From: a virus
Lineage: Duplodnaviria; Caudoviricetes
IMG/VR virus record: IMGVR_UViG_3300024046_000019
Location: 1 to 60,555 of that record
Length of the DNA stretch: 60,555 nucleotides
Direction: 5' to 3' (one strand)
Shown: piece after piece, positions 55,286-60,555 of the stretch
Layout: each line of letters opens with the position of its first letter
How positions within the stretch are numbered: position 1 is the stretch's first letter
Notes under the pieces: model-generated
Database searches by the model: none
Seen by the model: the letters and a program-made list of their open reading frames with translations, nothing else
Told to the model about the DNA's origin: nothing
Program-made: the position numbers and the translations under genes

Positions 55286-55308
55286 CCCCGCTTTCGGTGG
55301 GTTTTTCT
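55286..55308 (+). terminator. Putative intrinsic terminator
   Basis: CCCGC-TTTCG-GTGGG-TTTTTCT. Confidence 0.5.
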
Positions 55309-55474
55309 CTGTGACAAGGATGGCGGGCTAAGTTGGCTCGATCCCCTAGCTTGGCTATTGCCGACTTGCCTCTAAGCTGTGCCGTTCGCAAGGGCACACC
55401 ATCTCAGATGCTATTGATCTAATGGAGCAGATCCCGGACGTCATCAGCGATAATGGCTGTGAGCGGCAAGGTAA

Positions 55475-55595
55475 GGCGCCTGCTGCCTGGATGGAGGGTA
55501 AAACAGCAGGCGCCTGCCTGCCACAAGCCCTCAGAAGAAAATGACAGGCACGGACAGCGTAGACGTGGAGCATCAGTGGGTCCAGCCCTACCGCC
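55475..55595. repeat. Two-hairpin repeat unit, copy 1
   Basis: GGCGCCTGCTG/CAGCAGGCGCC, TGCCTGCCA/TGACAGGCA, then GGGTCCAGCCCTACCGCC. Confidence 0.8.
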
Positions 55596-55791
55596 CAGAT
55601 GCGCTCCGTTCCCGAAATATCTCGGTAAGGCGCAGCAATGCCACTAGATGGGTGTTCTCAGGGGTTTTGGGATCCCGGCACACTACGTCCGTAGAAACGG
55701 TGAATTTCACGCCATTGCGCTCGCCGCTGGCGGTAAACTCCAGTCGCCGGCGTTCGGGCCGATACCGGGCGTAGGTCACCTTGAAATGCAT
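55588..55791 (-). CDS. Small hypothetical protein between the repeat units
   Basis: 67 aa; its stop codon lies inside the 18-bp repeat. Confidence 0.55.
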   Translation of the reverse strand: MHFKVTYARYRPERRRLEFTASGERNGVKFTVSTDVVCRDPKTPENTHLVALLRLTEIFRERSASGR

Positions 55792-55833
55792 GGCGGCGAA
55801 TTTGCCATAAAGGCTCGGAATTACAAGGCGGTG

Positions 55834-55961
55834 GGCGCCTGCTGCCGAAGGATAGGTCTACCACAGCAGCAGGCGCCTGCCTCGCCATTGCGCATGGGGG
55901 CAGGGAGGGCGAGGCTGAAGTAGGGTAGGCCACGTGATGCATAGGGTCCAGCCCTACCGCC
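55834..55961. repeat. Two-hairpin repeat unit, copy 2
   Basis: GGCGCCTGCTGC/GCAGCAGGCGCC, GCCTCGCC/GGCGAGGC, then the identical GGGTCCAGCCCTACCGCC. Confidence 0.8.
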
Positions 55962-56226
55962 GTGACTTCCGCCAACCTGCTGCGCGCGCTTCAGCTTCGC
56001 TGCAAAACCAGCGCTCGCCGTGCGACGCGCTGATGCGGGTGTCGTTGTAATATTTCTGGCCCGGCACATGATAGATGCGCTCGCCCTGCGTGTTGACGTT
56101 GCCCTTGATGTTGCAGTTCTGGGCGGCGACCATGAATTGGGACGTCCCGGTATCGGGCAAGCTGAAAACCGTGACGCCGGCAAAGCCTATTGCCCCGGCG
56201 ATGGCAAGCTGGACTGCTGTGTGCAT
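55954..56226 (-). CDS. ExoI-like exported small protein
   Basis: Hydrophobic N-terminus; CNIKGNVN..GERIYHVPGQKYY...GERWFCSEAEARAAGWR. Confidence 0.8.
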   Translation of the reverse strand: MHTAVQLAIAGAIGFAGVTVFSLPDTGTSQFMVAAQNCNIKGNVNTQGERIYHVPGQKYYNDTRISASHGERWFCSEAEARAAGWRKSRR

Positions 56227-56329
56227 CGCATAATCTCCCAGCAGTATCGCAACACCTTCGGAACCCGCCCGCAAGACTGATCCGCCGCGGCGGTAAACAC
56301 TGACTTTCCAACATCATCAGGAGGCCGTC

Positions 56330-57013
56330 ATGGCTCGATCCGTTAGCGCGGAAACCCTTGCGCTCGTCAAGCAGTGGGAGGGGTTCCGCGCCAATGCCTA
56401 TCCCGACCCGGGGTCGAGGGATGGCACACCATGGACCATCGGCTATGGCCAGACCACCATCAACGGCCGGGCGGTACGCAAGGGCGACACGATCTCCGAG
56501 CCCGAGGCCGCGCGGCTGCTGGTTGCCCGGCTGGCCGATACCGCCGGCAAGGTTGAGCAGTTGGTCAAGGTGCCGCTGACGGACAACCAGTTCGGCGCCC
56601 TCGTGGCCTTTGCCGATAATATCGGCATGGGCAGCCGGACAAAGGTCGGCTTTTCCAGTTCCACGCTGCTGCGCAAGCTCAACAAGGGCGATTACGACGC
56701 GGTGCCGACCGAGCTGGCGAAGTGGAAATACAATGACGGCCAGGTCATGCAGGGGCTGGTCAATCGACGCGCGGCCGAGGCCGGGTTGTGGGCCCGGGGG
56801 TCCTATGTCTCGACCAGCACCGTGGAGGCCAAGCCCGGCAATCCGCTCAAGGACCTGGCCACGGTCGAGAACGTGACCGCCGCCGGCGGCCTGCTGGGTG
56901 GCGCTGCGGCTCTCGCCAGCGGCAATGGCCCGGTCCAGTACGCCATGGCCGCGTTGATGGTCATTGCGGCGCTGGTGGTCGCCTTTCTGATCATCCGGAG
57001 GGCCACGCGATGA
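56330..57013 (+). CDS. Endolysin (GH24 lysozyme) with C-terminal hydrophobic segment
   Basis: WEG.R..AYPD....WTIGYGQT, NQFGALV, GLVNRRAAE. Confidence 0.93.
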   Translation: MARSVSAETLALVKQWEGFRANAYPDPGSRDGTPWTIGYGQTTINGRAVRKGDTISEPEAARLLVARLADTAGKVEQLVKVPLTDNQFGALVAFADNIGMGSRTKVGFSSSTLLRKLNKGDYDAVPTELAKWKYNDGQVMQGLVNRRAAEAGLWARGSYVSTSTVEAKPGNPLKDLATVENVTAAGGLLGGAAALASGNGPVQYAMAALMVIAALVVAFLIIRRATR

Positions 57014-57255
57014 TCGCTCTCTGGAACAAACTCAAGCTGGCCGGGCTCGCTCTTGCGGGCCTTTTTGTTGCGGTGGGCATCGCCTTCCTGCGGGGGCGGC
57101 GCGCCGGGATCGAACGCATCGAGGCGGAGCAAAACCGTCGGCGCATTGAGGCGGTGAAAACACGAAAGGATATCGATGATGACGTGGCCAACCTTGGCAG
57201 CAATGATGTTGATGTTGGCCTCGCTAAGTGGCTGCGCGACCGCCCCAATGAGTGA
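57010..57255 (+). CDS. i-spanin-like (Rz-like) membrane protein
   Basis: N-terminal TM plus short coil; follows the endolysin. Confidence 0.65.
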   Translation: MIALWNKLKLAGLALAGLFVAVGIAFLRGRRAGIERIEAEQNRRRIEAVKTRKDIDDDVANLGSNDVDVGLAKWLRDRPNE

Positions 57256-57373
57256 TTTCTGTCTCGTCGCCAGTCCGATCCGGCCTTCGGTCGAGGACCA
57301 GATGACGGACGGCACCAAGCGGCAAATTCTCGCTCACAACGAATATGGCGCCCGCGCCTGCAACTGGCGCTAG
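57203..57373 (+). CDS. o-spanin-like (Rz1-like) lipoprotein
   Basis: Lipobox LSGC; overlaps the end of the i-spanin gene in another frame. Confidence 0.7.
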   Translation: MMLMLASLSGCATAPMSDFCLVASPIRPSVEDQMTDGTKRQILAHNEYGARACNWR

Positions 57374-57395
57374 CCCGTTATCTGGAGCCCCGCCC

Positions 57396-57785
57396 ATGAG
57401 CGAGAAAGAAGACCTGCTGCTCAAACTGCTCGAGCAGTTGCGCGACGAATTCCACGACGAGCGGGAAGCGTCACGAGACAGTCGCAAGAAGCTGCACGAG
57501 CGGGTCGACGCGCTCGCAGAGGACGTGGGAGCCATCCGCGGCGATATCCGCATCCTCGGGGCCGCTGACGGTCAAATCCGGGCCGAGGTGAAGGCTCTCA
57601 AGCAGACGGTGGCGGATAACCAGGCCGCCACCCAACCCACGATAGACGAATGGCGCCGCATCAGGGCCATCGGCATCGGGATCGTCGGGCTGCTGGCGCT
57701 CGGCGGCATGTCGGTCGGTGCGGCGTTCGCTTGGGCGGGTGAGGCAATGGTGGGTGCGGTGCGTCACTGGCTGAGGCTGCCGTAA
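57396..57785 (+). CDS. DUF1515-like membrane protein (possible holin-associated)
   Basis: Coiled coil plus C-terminal TM within the lysis cassette. Confidence 0.6.
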   Translation: MSEKEDLLLKLLEQLRDEFHDEREASRDSRKKLHERVDALAEDVGAIRGDIRILGAADGQIRAEVKALKQTVADNQAATQPTIDEWRRIRAIGIGIVGLLALGGMSVGAAFAWAGEAMVGAVRHWLRLP

Positions 57786-57787
57786 GG

Positions 57788-59197
57788 TCAGTTTTTGGAT
57801 GCACGGCTTTCGGATCGCAGCAGATGGCGGATTTGCCAAACGCGTTGGGCCGTTATTCCAAAATCGGCGCCAATTTCGCTATCCGGGCGGTCCATGGCCA
57901 GAATGGTGCTTGACACAATTGGCGATCGCCACCATCCGGCCGTGCGCTTGGTTTCGGTGATCTGACCACTGAGTGGAGCAGATAGGATGGCGCCGCCGGC
58001 CCGCAACCTGACTTCCATCCTCTCCTCCCGCAAATCTACGCGTTCCACGAGCCTGCGAACTGTCCCAATTAGCTCGGCGTCCGTTCGGGCTATTTTCGCG
58101 GCCATGCTGGTGTTCGCCACCCTCCGTTCGATCTGCCCGCGAAGGCCCTCTGTGCCCAATACTCGCTCGATGATGGCCAGTACCGACGCCTCTAGTTCTG
58201 CGGCACGAAATCGCCGTTGAGGCGATGCGCTCGGGCCATATCGGGCGATGAGCGTGCTGAGGTAGTAGCGATATTCGTTGCCTCTTGAGCGCACGACCAC
58301 GTGGATCATTGCGTGACCAGTCGGCCCGAAAAGCATACCTTTGAGCATAGCGTCACGAGGCGGGCGTTTCTCAGCATTTCGGCGGCGCCCGCTATTGGCG
58401 ATCAATTGTTGCGTCCGGCGCCATTGGGCTGGCGGGACAATCGCGTCATGCGTAGGGTTGTCTGGAGAGTCCAGGTTGGGATGATAGCCGGCATAGAGCC
58501 GATTGCTGAGCATTTCCGTAATCGTTCTCTTGCTCCACGGTCGGCCGTGCCGATTAAGCGAGCCTGATCCGTTAAGCGCATCAGCAACAAGGCGTGCTGA
58601 ACCATATTTGCGATAAAGGTGATGGGCGGATCGCACGATGGCGGCCTCGCTCGCATCGACGCATAGTCTGCCCTCAATGACCTGGTATCCAAACGGCCGG
58701 GGGCTGGTCCATAGACCTCGATGCCTGGCACCAGAAAACCAGTGACGCAGGCGCTCGCTGGTTAACTCCCGCTCGAATTGCGCAAAGCTCAGTAATACGT
58801 TGAGGGTTAGTCGCCCCATGCTGGTCGACGTATCCATTGCCTGCGTCACCGACACAAAATTGACGCCGCGGGCTTCGAACTCGTTTACGAGGTTCGCAAA
58901 GTCGCGCAGCGAGCGCGAGAGCCGGTCGATCTTGTAGACCACCACCATATCCACAGCGCCTGCAGCGATGTCGTTGCGTAGCCGCGCCAGCGCGGGGCGC
59001 TTAAGGTTGCCGCCCGAAAATCCGCCGTCGTCATATTGCTCGGGCAGCGCAACCCATCCCTGACCGCCCTGGCTGGCGATGTAGGCCGTGCAGTAGGCCC
59101 GCTGATTGTCGAGCGAGCTATATTCTGCGTCCAGCCGCTCATCGCTGGATTTGCGCGTGTAGATTGCGCAACGTATCGGATCACGCGCGATGGACAT
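57788..59197 (-). CDS. Large serine recombinase
   Basis: CAIYTRKSS (catalytic Ser), DDGGFSG..LKRPAL, YKIDRLSRS, FAQFERE, PFGY, recombinase domain. Confidence 0.92.
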   Translation of the reverse strand: MSIARDPIRCAIYTRKSSDERLDAEYSSLDNQRAYCTAYIASQGGQGWVALPEQYDDGGFSGGNLKRPALARLRNDIAAGAVDMVVVYKIDRLSRSLRDFANLVNEFEARGVNFVSVTQAMDTSTSMGRLTLNVLLSFAQFERELTSERLRHWFSGARHRGLWTSPRPFGYQVIEGRLCVDASEAAIVRSAHHLYRKYGSARLVADALNGSGSLNRHGRPWSKRTITEMLSNRLYAGYHPNLDSPDNPTHDAIVPPAQWRRTQQLIANSGRRRNAEKRPPRDAMLKGMLFGPTGHAMIHVVVRSRGNEYRYYLSTLIARYGPSASPQRRFRAAELEASVLAIIERVLGTEGLRGQIERRVANTSMAAKIARTDAELIGTVRRLVERVDLREERMEVRLRAGGAILSAPLSGQITETKRTAGWWRSPIVSSTILAMDRPDSEIGADFGITAQRVWQIRHLLRSESRASKN

Positions 59198-59198
59198 G

Positions 59199-59272
59199 TG
59201 GAGCGGGCAGCGGGAATCGAACCCGCGTCGTAAGCGTGGAAGGCTTCTGCTCTACCATTGAGCTATGCCCGC
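59199..59272 (-). tRNA. tRNA-Gly(UCC)
   Basis: GCGGGCA/TGCCCGC acceptor, U73-CCA, loop CTTCCAC, TTCGATT T-loop. Confidence 0.92.
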
Positions 59273-59712
59273 GATTGCGCATCGATTAGCGACATAAGCC
59301 GGCGGATAGATGCGTCGAGTGCCGCCGGCCGCCCGGCGCACCATCCGTCATATGTCGACCGCGGGGCGCGCAACTCTGCCGCGGCTTGGTCCCGTGTCCA
59401 TCCATGCTGTCCGTGCCATTCTTTGAGACATTCGCCGAGGGGGCGAGGGTCGATTTCCCAGCCTGCCACGCCCTGGTCATTTCCGAGGCTCTCGTTTTGC
59501 AAAAGAGCCAAGGCGCTGCGGGCACGGCCCGGGTGATCAGTTTCCAGCCAAGCGCCGCGCGCGTCCCGCAACATACGGAAGGTAGCGCCGTCGAGCATAT
59601 CCTTGCTGTTACGATAGAGCAGTACCCCGCTGCCATAGGACGATGCGGGGTGGCTGGTGGTCCAGCGGAGAGTCCGCGAGGGCTCCCCGGGAATATGCAA
59701 GCGGTAGGGCAT
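59263..59712 (-). CDS. Protein with C-terminal XRE-type HTH
   Basis: WTRDQAAAELRAPRSTYDGWCAGR; its stop lies within the tRNA 5' end. Confidence 0.7.
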   Translation of the reverse strand: MPYRLHIPGEPSRTLRWTTSHPASSYGSGVLLYRNSKDMLDGATFRMLRDARGAWLETDHPGRARSALALLQNESLGNDQGVAGWEIDPRPLGECLKEWHGQHGWTRDQAAAELRAPRSTYDGWCAGRPAALDASIRRLMSLIDAQSRA

Positions 59713-60032
59713 TACCAGACATCCTTACCGGAAAGGGCGAACCGATAGTCGCTGTCCATGTAGGTGGCGCTGAGGAAGTCTTCGATCTGGCCCTTTTCGA
59801 TCAGTGCGACACTATCCGACATGGTGGCGGTCGCCTCGGTCACGTCGATCTCAGCACCATCCTCAAGAGCGGCGGCAAGAGAGTGATGGCCGTCGAGCAA
59901 GACGCGGTACGTTTCCCCCTCGTAGTCAAACTCGGGCGAGACGAGGATAGAATAATCTCCGGCAGCGCGCTTGGCGGCGACGATCTCGTCGTTGATGTAG
60001 CTCTGCGAGGTGATGAGGTTGGAGAGGTTCAT
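59712..60032 (-). CDS. ParB/Srx-like small protein
   Basis: ITSQSYI...RVLLDGHHSLAAA. Confidence 0.7.
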   Translation of the reverse strand: MNLSNLITSQSYINDEIVAAKRAAGDYSILVSPEFDYEGETYRVLLDGHHSLAAALEDGAEIDVTEATATMSDSVALIEKGQIEDFLSATYMDSDYRFALSGKDVW

Positions 60033-60094
60033 TTTCAGTTCCCAGCCTCTGATCTCCGCGAGGCGCCGGCGTCAGCTCATTGCTGACAATTTGG

Positions 60095-60123
60095 ATATAG
60101 CAAGTTGCTATATTCTTTGCAAG
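60095..60123 (-). promoter_or_regulatory. Sigma70-type promoter overlapped by a 19-bp palindrome
   Basis: Minus strand CTTGCA-N17-CTATAT; ATATAGCAA-G-TTGCTATAT at 60095-60113. Confidence 0.7.
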
Positions 60124-60156
60124 CCCGAAGGGGCGAAGATATGAAAAAAGATTGTC

Positions 60157-60555
60157 CTAGTCGGGCGGCCCATAAGGCACGGCGTCGTCCCAGTCTTCAG
60201 GAAAGTCCGTCTCGGACATCAGGGGCGGCACTGCCTCGCCGGGATAGCGCGAGATTATCTCCAGTTGCGCCGGCATCAAGTCTATCCCGTCCCAATCCGG
60301 AACCTTGGTCCAGTCCATCATGTAGGCCATTTCGGTGGCGATCCGGATAGCCTTGTCTTCGGCGCAGAGCAGCACGACGAGGGTTTCGCCGCTGTTTTCC
60401 AGTGCCACCACCCAGTAATTGGGGTCAAAGGTGGCCTCGACGAGATCGGGGACCTGGCACAGGTGCAGGCCCATGAACTCGCGTACTCTCACACCCAGCC
60501 CATCGACCAAGTCGGGGACCGGCGCTCTCCACAACTCTTTGATGTGATCGTTCAT
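60157..60555 (-). CDS. Acidic hypothetical protein
   Basis: 132-aa ORF starting at the window edge. Confidence 0.65.
   Translation of the reverse strand: MNDHIKELWRAPVPDLVDGLGVRVREFMGLHLCQVPDLVEATFDPNYWVVALENSGETLVVLLCAEDKAIRIATEMAYMMDWTKVPDWDGIDLMPAQLEIISRYPGEAVPPLMSETDFPEDWDDAVPYGPPD

Larger units (their letters stand above)
1..60555. mobile_element. Temperate siphovirus-like prophage (att sites not located; boundaries may extend beyond the window)
   Basis: Lambdoid gene order: integrase, early genes, cI/cro, replication, terminase, portal, capsid, tail, tape measure, lysis. No host housekeeping genes seen. Confidence 0.93.

Noticed and set aside
55355-55573. ORF downstream of repeat copy 1
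   Set aside because: Runs through the hairpins, lacks an RBS and has no protein-like features.
55475-55961. CRISPR mini-array or integron attC sites
   Set aside because: Only two units about 360 bp apart, no cas genes, no RYYYAAC/GTTRRRY boxes and no integron integrase.

Overview
Nearly the whole window reads as one temperate siphovirus-type prophage of an alphaproteobacterial host. The host assignment (probably Hyphomicrobiales/Rhizobiales) is inferred from GcrA-, CtrA-like and ExoI-like genes and CTTGNN-N17-CTATAT promoters. Gene order: tyrosine integrase/xis; leftward early/recombination genes; an immunity region with ATGC-N6-GCAT operators, a DprA + phosphoribosyltransferase pair, cI and cro; rightward genes (beta clamp, two DNA methyltransferases, GcrA, CtrA-like winged helix, helicase, primase); a late-control region with six tRNAs and unclassified structured RNAs; terminase, head and tail genes; a beta-helix tailspike; lysis genes; a large serine recombinase abutting tRNA-Gly; and a short phage-like operon. 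The best candidate for an undescribed system is a lower-GC, opposite-strand dltD-dltX-dltB-[Cys-cluster protein]-dltA-dltC-like operon directly behind the tailspike, inferred to aminoacylate a Gram-negative surface glycan (lysogenic conversion or receptor masking). Other leads: a tRNA-sized four-way-junction RNA with a 5-bp kissing loop inside the tRNA array, two tRNAs with C at the normally invariant U33, a 300-bp element closed by a perfect 17-bp inverted repeat, and a duplicated two-hairpin unit following small cargo genes. All calls come from reading motifs by eye; no database searches or folding programs were run.
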